DNA of 61,503 nt, filler included, from Choristocarpus tenellus KU-1152 (GCA_964200185.2; 11 parts of 11 records of this genome joined end to end with filler, not necessarily neighbours in it); one strand, 5' to 3'; positions 12,231-25,545 are shown, counted from the whole stretch's first letter. Notes: generated from the sequence alone by a model not told the origin. Numbers and translations: made by a program.

Positions 12231-13836
12231 AGCACCTTCCCACCTCGCCCGAGTTGAACTTACTACCCAATCGCCGTCCAGAGCGGCGTGTATTATTCAG
12301 TCTCGTGCTAGACTCCACCGATATTTCTACGTCTCTATTTCCTACCTTCCAAGGCCACAATCCACCATGCCGACCCCACCCACTACTCCCTCTCCTTCCA
12401 ACAAGGACTGATGTTTCCCCCTCGCCTTCTGCGTAACCAGGATTCGGTTAGCGCAGCTTCCTTTTTCAACTACCATACGCAAGTAACAACGGGGAGGGTT
12501 AATAGAGGAAATCGAGGGAGTAAGGGAGGTGAGGCCAGGACTTTGGGGCGTGCAGACAAAGTGAGGGTAAGATCGAAGTCTGGAAAGAGGGGAAGTACGC
12601 CCAAACACGTACCTCGTACGCTGGCTAAATGATTCCCCATCACAACCAGCATGTGGAGCAAGGAACCGTGAGAGGTCCAACGTTGGGTTGGTGAAAGGGG
12701 TAGGGATGCCGTGATCACGAATTTTGTAGAGGTCGTTCAGAGCGCTTGTACACCTTCTACCACTACCTTGAAAGGAAACTATCCTAGACCTGTCTTTGCT
12801 GCAGGAAAAACAACAAGTTCCTTGGACGAACTAAACCTGTTCAAATTGTCACAAGTGTGTCCAACTGAACATCCAACCTCATCTAACTTTTGCCATCGAA
12901 TTCAGTCACCAATACCACCCAATATGTACAACCCTACCAGCATCCCTAACTCTCACACTGTCCGTTCATAGACATGGGAGAAGTCACCTTGTTCAACCCC
13001 TGACTGGATACAATGAAGCCTTTGAGAGGAGGCGAACGAGGCTCGTACTAGTCACTCTACACCAGTAACAAACACATTAGAAGGTCATCGCAGATACAAA
13101 TAAGTATCTGGGAACGCAACAGGTCGATCAGGCGTTTCCTCCACTTACCACACCACTTCTAACGTCTCCATTAAGTGTACGTTGAACCCCTCTACATGAG
13201 GGTATTAAAACTTGATGTTGGACATTAATGGATACAGGAGAATCATGGGAGTTGATGTTGATGAGAGAAATAGTTGTGTGAAACATATTATATATTATAG
13301 TATATAAGATTTATTAGAAATTACATGTTCTTCAGAAAAAAAAGTAGTGAAAATTGGTGATATAATCTATCAATGGTTATAGGTCAGGGATAGTTTTTGG
13401 ATCTCTACAGAAAAATAGTGAGTCTTGAGTAATGTCTTGAAATATTATTTGAATATCCATCAACTCTTCCTATATCATATAAAAAAATATTTGCCTCAAA
13501 ATGATGTCCACTAATGCTCCTTTCCATCACCATCTTCCAAAATCTCATAAGAATACACATTATTGCTCATTAAATTTAATAATGGATATTTTGACAAATA
13601 TTTTCAAATAAATATAATAAGTACTCTTTAAAACTCTTTTTCCAACACATTATCTTTTTATGGAGTTTTGGTTCATGTAGAGGTATATTCTCTGATTCTG
13701 TAACTGGTCAGTCGAAGCAAAGCCAATAAAATTATTGTAGAATAGAATTGGAGGCACACATCAATTCTCAACCAATCAACTTTGATTACTCTCAATATAT
13801 GGTGGTTCTGATCGTCCAATACTTCCAACTACTGTA

Positions 13837-13877
13837 TTTTATTATTATACCCTCTGACATTTTGTAGATGTGTCAGG
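13837..13877 (-). mobile_element. 41-bp 5'-truncated retroposon insertion with 12-bp TSD
   Basis: Flanked by CCAACTACTGTA at 13825-13836 and 13878-13889; insert matches the LINE 3' end at 14751-14795, including an (AAT)-rich tail. Confidence 0.8.
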
Positions 13878-14319
13878 CCAACTACTGTATAAAGATACTT
13901 CCAAAAAATTGGAGGAACAATTTAAATTGAAGTAGTTGCACCATATTCCAGGTTCTGGTGACGAAAAGCTCACCTAGAATTTCTTGAGTGTTGATATATA
14001 GTAGGGGTAAGAAATATATATACTTAATGTTATAGGTGAAAACGATGTGGAATATATGTCGTCATTTATTCCATCTTGCTGACAAACTCTACCAAAATTT
14101 CCAAATTTCAAGGCAACCAAAACAATACATTGTAAAACTCATTAATATACTAACAACAAATACGTTCATTTGTGGATGTCCACAATCGTCTCGTCGGTGA
14201 TATAAAAGCAAAAAAGATCAGATCAACAAATAGAACAGAAAGATAATATATATATCATAATCAACAAAATTCCCGATTTCCAAAATAGATAAAACTATTT
14301 ACTACACGAACTTTTAGGG

Positions 14320-14795
14320 ATAGGTTCCTTTTTTGGGATCTCCCCCACACACATTTTGTGGACATGGCGCACAGCCATATACCTTGCGCGTGTCAACCAC
14401 ATCATTGAACTTACCATACACAAAACCACCACAACAGATAGATCTGACCAGTCATAAGCACTGTCAGAACGAAGATCCATTCCGATCCTGACTGATCCAT
14501 TTTCCTGCTATGACGTTGCTCAGTCATTCTGTGACATCTGTAGTGCACTAAGGTCCCAGTTCTGTTATGAATTTCCCCAACTGACGCTGGGACGCTGGGC
14601 CAAGACCTGTGACTGGACTCTCTAAGGTAGAAGAATTTCAGTCTGGTGATTGTGATTGCCCCCTTTTGCATGGAGCTTTTGAGCCTTGACACTTCCACAG
14701 AAACTACATTACTTTTACAGGGGTCCTTGTGATATTGGTTTGGTTTCTTCCCTGACACATTTACAAAATGTCAGAGGCCATAATATAATAATAGG
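14320..14795 (+). mobile_element. Probable LINE (L1/Tx1-like) ORF2 C-terminus plus 3' UTR with terminal stem-loop and (AAT)n tail
   Basis: Frame reads ...THILWTWRTAIYLARVNHII...QFCYEFPQLTLGRWAK. The 3' end is repeated at about 7920-7966, 13837-13877, 14838-14890 (inverted) and 43440-43480. Confidence 0.45.
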
Positions 14796-15319
14796 AAAAT
14801 ATATATAGGGGTTAAGGTCCCTTCTATACATTATATATTTATTATTACGCCCTTTTCTGACATTTTGCGTATGTGTCCAGGGAAGAACCTACGAAAAACC
14901 ATTCTAATATCAGAACTTGTGCAATATAGGCTAGGTAGTCTATAGGGTCTCATATGTTTAGTGACCATTATCATACTACAGAAGTATTGGCAGAGTGAAG
15001 TAAGTGTCAAGGACTTGCTTCCGAATGGCTAGAGTGATAGATTCGTGTCTCGGTGGACTGATCTCTTATTTCTGTTTAATAAAAGTGGCTGACGTGGTGT
15101 AACTGACACAAGCACATTCTGACGTGTTTGCTGACGTACGCACAAGGTAATAAGGGAGAGCACCCCCCCACCTCGAGGGCAGTGCTCACTCCGCTAATAA
15201 ATACATCCATACCACATAATGCAAACACTATTAGAATAGCTCTCTTTTGCATACAATCCACAAAATTCCAGATTTGTATGTCAGTTGAACTATTTTCTAC
15301 AGGAAATGAAAACAATAGT

Positions 15320-15580
15320 AGTATGAGAGTCATCTTTCAACTAAGGTATACATTTAAGGTGACCTATCTTGAAGATCTGTTATTGCATGTTGAAGTTAAC
15401 ATCTGCTTGAAGTAAATAGTGGGTGGTTTGAGGGGACCTTGCAAACCCCCGTCGTTCACTTTTCACTTGTTCTCTCTTTCCTGAGTAATCTTCTGAGGGT
15501 TGCTCTCCCTCTTGCCTTGCCTCTCTTCTTTTTCTTGCCTGTTGTGGGTCTTTCTACTTCTCTTCAGTCTGAAGAACCTG
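15320..15580 (-). mobile_element. Dispersed repeat, LTR-like; homologous to 45436-45720
   Basis: Reverse-complement match: gaagtaaatagtgggtggtttgaggggacc..aaacccc vs ggggtttgtagggtccccttaaaccaccccctatttacttc. Confidence 0.75.
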
Positions 15581-16557
15581 TCAGTCTGTTTCCATCTGTT
15601 TCACAGTAGTAGTAGTAGTAGTCCACAAAATTCCAGATTTGCGTATCAGGTTAACCATTTTCTGTATGAAATTACAACGGTAGTACTAGTAGTAGTCCAA
15701 TAAGAAGTTTATAGAAATATGTGCTATTACTATGTAATACATAAATTATACCCCCTAACATTGTACGCATTTGTCAGTATGTAGTATTTAGTACATAATT
15801 ACCAAGTACTTATGGCAGTGAGTATGACCACGACCATCAACCCCTTAAAATTGAAGCTTAAAGATAAATATTGCATTGTTTTTCCCTCTCATGTTACACA
15901 TTGTAGGAGGTAGGGGGGAGGGTTTCAGGAGAAACAGACCTGTGAAATAAAGATAAATACACGTTATTTCAGTCACTCCTCAACTGGCGTCTTCAGACAA
16001 AACTTAGAGCTTTCGCGTGAAACAGGGTTATCTGTTTACGTCCCGTTATATCGCCGTACGCCATGTACCTTCATACAATTTTTAGTTCCGTGTCAAGTTT
16101 CATTTCTAATGGGGGACCTTCGGTGAGAGTGAGTCCATGAGCGTTAAGTATCATAGGTGGATTTTGCCCACTTTTGGTGTGAATGGGTTTCTATTTTCTG
16201 TTTTCTGGCTTGAATCATTAAGTCTCTACATCCTCCAATCATATATTCATCTATAATTTTGCTCATTTATGGATGAGAGTTAACTGAACTTAATTAATCA
16301 AAATGGACAGTCAGGAATCACAGTTATAAACCCCCCTCTAAGGATATTTTACCTCCCATAGAATCTCTCCAAGAGACTAGTCCAATAGGTGGTGGACTTC
16401 TCTTAATTCTAAAACACCAAGAGTCAAGGATTCCTTGTTATACCGCACCCTATCACTTTAGATTATCCACACTCTCGTGAAATCCTCTTCACTCTGCACA
16501 GTTTCACTTGTCCAATCATAACCTCATCCTCTCAGTTGTACTTCGTCTCGGTCTATC

Positions 16558-16632
16558 TGTTACAGGCGCCCCTCAATGCTCACCTTCCAGGATGTACAAC
16601 TCAAATCCAACGACCTCAAAACGATGCTATGG
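16558..16632 (+). mobile_element. 5' end of the TGTTACAGGCG element (see 43702-44310), cut by contig end
   Basis: tgttacaggcgcccctca...aaatccaacgacc...gctatgg matches 43702 onward. Confidence 0.85.
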
Positions 16633-18226
16633 NNNNNNNNNNNNNNNNNNNNNNNNNNNNNNNNNNNNNNNNNNNNTTAATTAATTAANNNNNNNNNNNN
16701 NNNNNNNNNNNNNNNNNNNNNNNNNNNNNNNNGCGCTCCACACCACCTAGGGAACAGACACACCAGGGGAGGGGAAGGAAGGGGGACCAAGGAAGGGGGG
16801 GGGAGGGGGGGGGTCATCACAAGACAAATGAAGAAAAACAAAAAAAAATAACAAGGAATGCATCTCACACCCTTGAGGTTACTGCCAGTGAAATTAACAA
16901 ATAATATAATAAATAAATCTTTACTATTACAAATACTACTACTACTCACTGGCTTCCTGTGGTACAACCCAACAAATTATTAGTTGGAACCAGCAGGACT
17001 CATGGATACCGTACCACCTACCACCTGACTCAACTATTTATGTACATTGCAGTCTTCTCACTAAAAAAAAGAAGGTACTATATATTATTTTTGTATGCTT
17101 TTTCAAACGGTGGCATCACTCACAAGTACACACTAAACTTGAAAAAAAGACAAAAGGACAAAATATTTTAGAGATGACCTTTTGCATCTCCACTCAAATC
17201 CACTCAAACCAGCCAGGTACAAACCCTCATCACAAGCACACGCCTGCCTGCCTATATATCTACAAACCAAAGGAGTCAGGAGGAGGAAGGTTTGGAAGGG
17301 CAACTGAATCACTGTTTAGCATCACACTACTACATTGTGACCTTCTACTAAGCAGTGCTGACACACCTATCAACATCAACCTGTGCTCACATACAAATAC
17401 ATAGAAAACACATCAATAGAACCCTCAACAACAAAGTCAACCACCACAATTATACCTCCAGAACCCCCATTTACAACCTAATATTGAGCCTTCCAAGTCA
17501 CGGCCCCTTCCCCCCTTCATCCTTCCAGCAATTATAATATATTGTTTTTGATACTTCAGTAGTGTGAAATATTCTATTTAGCAACATATCCCGGCAGATC
17601 CATACAGAGAACAGAAAAAGGTCACACCAGTATTTAAATGGCACACACATACCCCTCACCAACGCATTTTTTTTTTTAACACATCCTTTCCCATCAAAAC
17701 TGCAGTTACAACAACATACATCATATTATTGTTATTACTATGTATTGCACAGACTGTTACAGTCATAATGCTGCATGCAACTGTCACACATGCATGCATA
17801 TATACCACACGTACTCCAAAGTACTACATAGATCACCACAGAGCACTACAGAGCTGCACTCATCAGATCAACGGCCATTCATGGACACAGTCTGAACAAC
17901 AACAACAACAATAATAATAATAACATACACAGTTATATCTGTTATTAAAATTGTATCAAATACAGAAATGTTACATGTATTTCTGAAGTATAATTTAAAT
18001 CGTAAGTGTTGATAGAGGTGGACATTAATCACTTCACCATTGTACAAGACCATTATACAACCAACAACATATCAATCACTCAAGAGGAACACAAGCAACT
18101 CAAGCGCCCCAGACAATATCAGTATTTACATGTACATTAACTATACACGCGAATCTTATCAACTATTTGTTTCTAACCTGCACACCACACACAGAAAAAA
18201 TATTTTCAACAACTTCAAAATATTAT

Positions 18227-19922
18227 CTAGGATGTAGCTAGAGCCCTCCAACTCTTGCACCCATCCTTAGGGAATCTAGTCCCTTCTCTTCTGGCCCTGA
18301 TCAAGTCATAGCTCCACTGTAGTGCTAATAGTGGTGTTAGTGGTGTTGATGGGTACAATGAGTGCGATGACCTGATGCTTGCATCCTCTTCTTTCCTTGG
18401 TAACAACCTATCAGCTAAGGTCAAAGGTCTCCCCTGCTGTCACAACACCAGGTGAGCGATCGACTCATGTCTCAAATATCTGGCTTCTGGAGTAATATTG
18501 CCGTTTCCCACTTACTAACCATCTCACACCTCATTCAAACCGCAACACTGATCCTTCAACTTCAACTTCAACATCTACCCCCCCCTCCGCCCCCTACTTC
18601 AATAACTGTTTTTGTATTGGTGTCAGGTTTTACGACCCCTTCAGACCACATCAATAACCTATATACTTTTATGTGCGGTGTGAGCAAACCATATATAAAT
18701 AAACATATATAAATAAACATATATAAATAAACATTATAAATAAACATTATAAATAAACATATATAAATAAACATATATAAATAAACATATATAAATAAAC
18801 ATATATAAATAAACATATATAAATAAACAGAAATAAATAAACATATATAAATAAACATATATAAATAAACATATATAAATAAACAGAAATAAATAAACAT
18901 ATATAAATAAACAGAAATAAATAAACAGAAAAATATAGTTTAACAACAACAAACCATATATAAATAAACAGAAATAAATAAACAGAAAAATATAGTTTAA
19001 CAACAACAAACCATATATAAATAAACAGAAATAAATAAACAGAAAAATATAGTTTAACAACAACAAACCATATATAAATAAACAGAAATAAATAAACAGA
19101 AAAATATAGTTTAACAACAACTAACAGTAACAACAACAAAAAAACTGAAAAAAAAGAACCAAGAAAAGAAATGGGGTTTTAGTTTTTTTGTGTCTCATTA
19201 TTGTTCTTCCATCGGTCCATAAAAAAATGATTATTTAAAAATACCTCTATTCCAGCAATAAGTATCATGGCGCATACAACTCCATATACCAACACCTGGA
19301 AGGGAAACTCACAAACCGACTCCAATTCTTTTTAATCTGTTTAGTTCTTCAATATTCTACTTTTTCTTCTTTTCTTCTCATTTTCAAGAATGTTAATAAT
19401 AATAATAGTAGTAGTGATAGTAATAGTAATAATAATAATAATGATAGTAATAATAATAGTAGTAGTAGTGATAGTAATAGTAATAATAGTAGTAGTAATA
19501 GTGATAATAATAGTAATAATAGTGATAGTGATAGTAATAATAATAATAATAGTGATTCACACCAATAATAGGTGCAGTTGAAGCACTGCATTGACAAGGA
19601 CACCCACAGTAAAAAATAATCAAAATACTAGGGAAATATTACCAAGAGAAGACAAAAACAAATGCCTTCTCTGAAAAGAACTCCACTATCATAGTGCATT
19701 TGACATGTATCATCTATCCCTTTGCCCACCCAAGTTCACAACCAAGTTCCCTGCCAACCATCCTAATGATAGAATTTAAAAATCATGTGTGATCAGTGTT
19801 ATTTTCAGACTCAATAGATCCCTAACCCTAAACCTGACTCAAAAGGGAAATGTTCTGAGGACACTCTGCCCCTCAGTGCGTTCCCCAATTATTATAGATA
19901 CACAGGATTTAACCTTTTTATC

Positions 19923-19973
<51 letters not shown>

Positions 19974-21854
19974 GGTTAGGGTTAATATTGGAACAGCTTC
20001 TACTAAACTATTGGGCGATTTTGTAAGGAAAACAGCGCACACCTAATCTTGTTACAGCAATTGAGTTTTATAGAACACAGTGAAGACAAACACACTTTCA
20101 CTCTACCTTGTGACTGGAGCCATCCACCACTGCTTCCCTCTTCACCTCCCTGTGGGCTCTTGGTGGAGGCTCATGCCTGTAAGCATCACCCAGACAAAGG
20201 CAAAAAAAAATCAATAATAATATTAATAAAAAATAATAGTAATAATAATAATCATCAAATAATAATATTATTAATAAAAAATAATAGTAATAACAATCAT
20301 CATCACGGTCTCAATCAATTGATTGATCTGATCCACATGGTGAAGCGATGAAGGGAGCACGCTCTATGTGTTCACACAAAAAAAGATGAAAAAAAAAATT
20401 GTTTACCCGAGTGGAGCAGGGCCTCCTGTGACGTCATGACACTCTGGCATTGGTGAAAAGGCCAGAATGCCATATACAACAGAACATCTTAATGACTAGG
20501 GTTGATCACATTGAGGGTAGATCGCATTGAGACAGTCCACAACAGGATACCAAGCAGAGACACACACACACACACAGAGTACAGGTTTGTGGAAAAGAAC
20601 TGTTGGGGTATTTTCTTTAATCTACTCCACTCTGGTCTGGTCTGGTCCAAATAAAGGGTGCGGAAGGAGCAGTCTACTAATCAAATTAATCAAACCAAGG
20701 GTATTGGTATACTTACTATTATTATTATTATTATATTACATCATCACACCAAAACTAGGAATGGAAAAATGAGACAAAAAAGAGAACAAGGGACTACCCT
20801 AACCCTAACCCTAAAATAAAAAGTACCACTACATATCCCTGTACAGCAGTGTTATCATACAATTAACATGAATACCCACATCATTGATTTCACACTCCCT
20901 CATACTGTTACAACAGTTACAACAATACCAAGGGTATCGACATGAACATCAATATCTATCAATATCAAACCCTACATCTATATTAAGAAACACACAGAGA
21001 GAGAGAGAGGCTAAATGACCATGTGGTGAACTTTGCACTCATAACCACCTTCTCAACAACCATCTCCAGACATAACACTGACTACTCACAAAGCAACACA
21101 AAAAATCAGAACAAAAAAAGGGTGAAGTCATGATAGCTTCGATCAAAAACAACCTTATCCACATTGAAAAAAAAGAAAAATCAGTGTTTGACATCACATG
21201 ACATGAGAGGTGTCTTACCACTCCACCACAACTACACACTCCAAGTAGGACCTTTCAATTGCCAACATCTGGCGCACATCGCCTGATCAAGGAGGTCAAA
21301 CAAACACACCACGTACGTACAATACGCAACAAGTCTGTGTCACCCAAATGCCTATCTAATGTATACTAACACCTATGTGTGTATAGGTATGTACTACACA
21401 TCATGTGTGTGTGTGTGTGTGTGTGTGTGATGAACTCTGTTCTTGGTCAACAGTGTCTTGTCTCAATGTGATAAAATATACACTAAAAATATTTACAAAC
21501 ACCAAAAATGCCTCTTTATCAAACGATTGTGTATCACATCCTGGATAGAATAGACCGCAGCCATCAGGAGCTCTGAAAATGAGAACAATTTATTAAGAAA
21601 AAAAACTGAAAATATGAATACAAAAGCATGCTCAAAATGCCTGCTAAGTACCACCAAGTGCCACTCCTACTAACCTCACCCATACCATGCTCTCACCTGT
21701 TTTTAGCATTGATAGTCTCAGACACTGACGACGCCCCCGCCCCTGCCCCTGCACCCCCCAACCCCAACAAAGGAGGGGTAGTGCTGTCTGGCAGGAATGA
21801 CTGCCCATTTGAGAGTCGATCAATGATACGCTGGCGCTCTGGGGCAACATCCAC
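18227..21854 (-). CDS. Putative 3' part of a multi-exon hypothetical gene; candidate exons 21854-21697, about 20490-20407, 20176-20107, terminal 18436-18227
   Basis: Each block is open and flanked by AG/GT (VDVAPERQRIIDRLSNGQ...; CSVVYGILAFSPMPECHDV...; HEPPPRAHREVKREAVVDGSSHK; QGRPLTLADRLL...ATS*). The last three join in compatible phases. No family recognised. Confidence 0.45.
18688..19120. repeat. AT-rich tandem array: 14-bp ATAAATAAACATAT units grading into a 57-bp higher-order unit
   Basis: Direct reading; source of the spurious MFIYICL ORFs. Confidence 0.93.
19393..19555. repeat. Compound trinucleotide microsatellite (AAT/AGT/GAT)n
   Basis: Direct reading. Confidence 0.95.
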
Positions 21855-22953
21855 CTAAGCAAGGTGCGTCAGGATCAGTATCAGATACAGTCAACAGGGA
21901 ATTGGGGGGGTGGGGAGGTAACTAGGGAGACTTGGGGGGCAATAAGTTGGTGATAAGGAGCGGAGAGTNNNNNNNNNNNNNNNNNNNNNNNNNNNNNNNN
22001 NNNNNNNNNNNNTTAATTAATTAANNNNNNNNNNNNNNNNNNNNNNNNNNNNNNNNNNNNNNNNNNNNAATTATGTTCTATAAGTCAAAGTGCTGCTCCT
22101 TGTTAACTCTTTCTTAGGTATCAATGTTTTTTTTTGTTTTCCCCCCCCCCCAATTATTATCAGATTAGTACTAGTGCCTTAAACTAAACTAAGCTATAAA
22201 TGGAATGCTCAATAACCCTGTATGAATGTTTTGATTGGTAGATAACCAGCTGTTCTAAATGGTGTCAACAAGCAGCTTGAACAAAAAACCCAACACAAAA
22301 CCATCTAAGACAGGTGATGCCAGACAGACAGGAATTTCTTACTGCACTAAGACTGTCATATTTAATGATCAACTGATACACACCTACCCGTAGAGTAGAG
22401 TTACTTATACACGCCGCTACTTGTATGCTTTCAAGAGTAGGTGGACACTCTGACAGAAAAAAACCCCGAAGTGGATAACGAGATCAATCTCCTTGCAATA
22501 TTTTATTGACATACCACAACTGTTCTTATCGTCATCGACCATGGACAAACAAAAAACAAAAGAGACTGACAACGAAATACAGTCTTCCACACACGCCTTC
22601 TTCCCTCTCCATCACAGAAAAAACACGCCTGTTTAGCGTGCGTACTCGCCAGTCTCTCAACCGCAACTACACAACTAAATCCTCTAATTGTACACACAAC
22701 ATACAAATAAAAAAACTCCTCAAGGTTAGGGTACTGTACGCAGCCGTCCCGTCCACATCCTGTGTCCGCCCTTTCTGAGCAAAAGGAAAGACCCACAACG
22801 GAGCGTGGAACGCCCCCATAGATTTTGAAACATGCTTCGACTCACACAATCCTTCCAATCGAAACCCCAACAAACGACGGTGCCCTCCCTCCCTTGCCCC
22901 AAATCTATCTCGGGCGTCCTCCTCCTATGATCCCCTGCCACCGACCCAGTCAG

Positions 22954-25279
22954 TCATCTCGGGGAACCGCTTGCTTCCCACTGACCACCCAACGCATTAA
23001 CTAAATGTGGTTCTTGGTGTTGTTCTTGAGCCCGGGCCATGCTCGCCAATGCCTGTGCGGCAGCATCGAGGGTTTCATCCTTTTTACAGAAGCAGAACCG
23101 GACGAGGTTCTCCCCAATGCCTGAGTCCCTTGATTCTGCAGAAAAAAAGGCACTTGTTGGGATGGCTACCAGGCCATGTTCGATTGCCATCCACCGGCAG
23201 AAGGCCCAATCCCTTCTCATCACGGGCATGGCAGGCGTTCCCTCCGACAGGTATGAATCAGGTACCTGGCAGTTTCACCCGTTGTTTCGAGGGGCGTTAA
23301 TTAAGTATAGCAGTGTAGCGAGTGGGGGCGGGTGGCGGGCTTTTTCAAATGTTAGTAAGGCGTGAGTCAGGCACCTCGCAAGCGGAGGTAGTATAGAGTG
23401 GTAATGCGGGTCGTGGATTCTTTGTGGTTAGGGTTAGGGTAAGGGACAAATCTGATACTAGGAAACTTAGGGTTCAATATCCTTTTCAGGTGTGGCACGT
23501 GGGCATAGATAGCATCAACACTCAAAGACTAACAAAAACGTTTCCTTCTCCACGGTTCGTTGTGAAGTACTCTGGAGTGCCATGTACTTAAGGGGAAAGT
23601 ACCCAACAGTGGTTTTGAGTGAGTATATCAGAGAAGGGTCCAGCACTTGTGAGGGGATGAGACAGGCGTATCCGTAGTTGGGAGGTTCACATCAGGTACC
23701 CGGCACCTATTAAATGCGACTTTCAAGGGCATTGGAGTTAGGACAAACAAATGCAACATGTTTTCCCCAGAGCTGTCTTGTGACGAAGATGAGGGTATAA
23801 AAAAATCATGCGGCAGGGCCTTCAACAAAATGAAATTATAGATCAATCCCTACTGTCACACCCAATTTTCAAGAAATGTATTTAGGCACCACTGAACGAC
23901 CAATGTATTCACTATCCAACGCATAATCTTCTCCTTGAAAAAACCCTAACCCTAACCCTAACCCTAACCCTAACCTCTAACCAGGATCTACTTCCCATGC
24001 CCCAAAGTGGGGGATGTTTGCATGTATGTTCTTGAATTCAAAATCCTCTTTGAACATCTCATGCCGGCAATGGGTGAAGTAAGTCCAGGTGTCAGTACCA
24101 AATACAATGGAGGATGGGCATAAGGAGGAATGACACCGCCTCTATTTCGGAAAAAAAAAATCCACTGTGAAATCAGATCGAGTCAATAGAAATACCTCTT
24201 CATCAAACGGACCCAATAGGACATATCTACTTTGTACAATTACTTGACATCTAGTCACCATCCCCCCTCCCCGACTTGTTTCTGCATGACTCGCAAGGTC
24301 ATTCAGTGTAAGAAACATCAATCATTTCATCCCTCAGCCAACAACCCCCCCCCCAACAACACATACACACACGCAAAACAAGGTCTCTCTCACCCTTGGT
24401 ATACATGACCTCAATAATTCAATAATTCAATTGCACCAAAATACTTTCACATAGCAAATGCATTCCTGCATGGGCCCAATTGCTGCCTTGGTCAGGTCCT
24501 CACATGAGCTGTGCTCATCACATTCAGCATTCCCTGGGGTTGCACAACTTCCACCTATTTTTGTTTTGTTTTGAAACAATAGGACACCAGAATGCAGAGG
24601 GCCCACACTGCCTTCCAAGGCGAAATCAGGTACTGCCGCCGACTAGGTCTGGGGGGAGGGGGTCGGCATATACAAACAAGAACAGGCAACAACAAAAATT
24701 CTCCTGTACTCTCTTTAATAAAAAACCGATAAAAATATCATACAATTAAAAAAAAGAAAAATCCAACTGCAACTATTATACCTCCAAAAATATAAACAAA
24801 AAAAAGCTCGACAGATATATACACACTAACAACAAGATAAAAAATGTACCATATTTTTTTTAAATTTTATTTTTATTCTACGGCACATACGTACGTACAA
24901 TCGCAATCGAGAGTTAACATCACAATAACAATTTATAATAATACTAATAAATATATATACTCCAAACATATATTTAAACATTTTTTATTTTTTTACTTGC
25001 CTTCACAGCGCTAATGTCGCCGATGAGAAAAAACCCCCCCTCCCCGTTAAGGGTGGGTATCCCCGCCGCCTCCAGCGATGCTTCAAGCTGCGATCTCTTG
25101 CCTGCATACTCCTGCCTCAACCAGTCGTAGTAGCTGGAGCGGCCCTTGTACGGCTGCTCTGCCTGAACCAATGCCGTACACATGGCCTCCTGCATGGGAG
25201 TCGCTGCGCAGAACTGCATGTACGGGAGGGTGGTCTGTATCTCTTGAATCACCCGCTGAGGCCCCAGCACCCACCCCAC
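22954..25279 (-). CDS. KYAT: PLP-dependent class I/II aminotransferase, kynurenine/glutamine transaminase K family; last two exons 25279-25001 and 23265-22954
   Basis: Spliced: (K)VGWVLGP...QFCAATPMQEA...GEGGFFLIGDISAVK|VPDSYLSEGTPAMPVMRRDWAFCRWMAIEHGLVAIPTSAFFS...LVRFCFCKKDETLDAA. The DxxFCRW, AIPxSAF and RFCFxK motifs are typical of KAT/CCBL. Intron is GC-AG. Confidence 0.9.
23942..23982 (-). repeat. Interstitial telomeric repeat (CCCTAA)5-6 in the aminotransferase intron
   Basis: aaccctaaccctaaccctaaccctaaccctaacctctaacc. Confidence 0.92.
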
Positions 25280-25353
25280 CTTTAACCAGAGTTTTAACGT
25301 TAAGCAAAGGGGGGAAGGGGGGTGGGGGAAGGAGGCAATTTTGTGACCGTGGT

Positions 25354-25545
25354 GAGCCAAAGTATCTTAGGGTTAGGGTAGGGCCGCGTCCATTTGGGGA
25401 CTAAAATCTAAAGTTGTGGATTTTGATGAAATTTTGACTATTGTGTTTGTTTGGAAGTGTCAATATCCTTGTTCCAGAGACGCCTCTTCATAACATATAC
25501 ACTTTATCTACTCCGAAATATTTTTGAGTAGGAAAATGTCACAAA
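25354..25545 (+). mobile_element. MITE family A copy, truncated, with TTAGGG repeats in its left TIR
   Basis: GAGCCAAAGTATCTTAGGGTTAGGGTAGGGCCGCGTCCATTTGG, then homology to 54112-54368. Confidence 0.85.

Noticed and set aside
18568-19623. ORFs rich in Y/L/I/F repeats
   Set aside because: Translations of AT-rich mini- and microsatellites.
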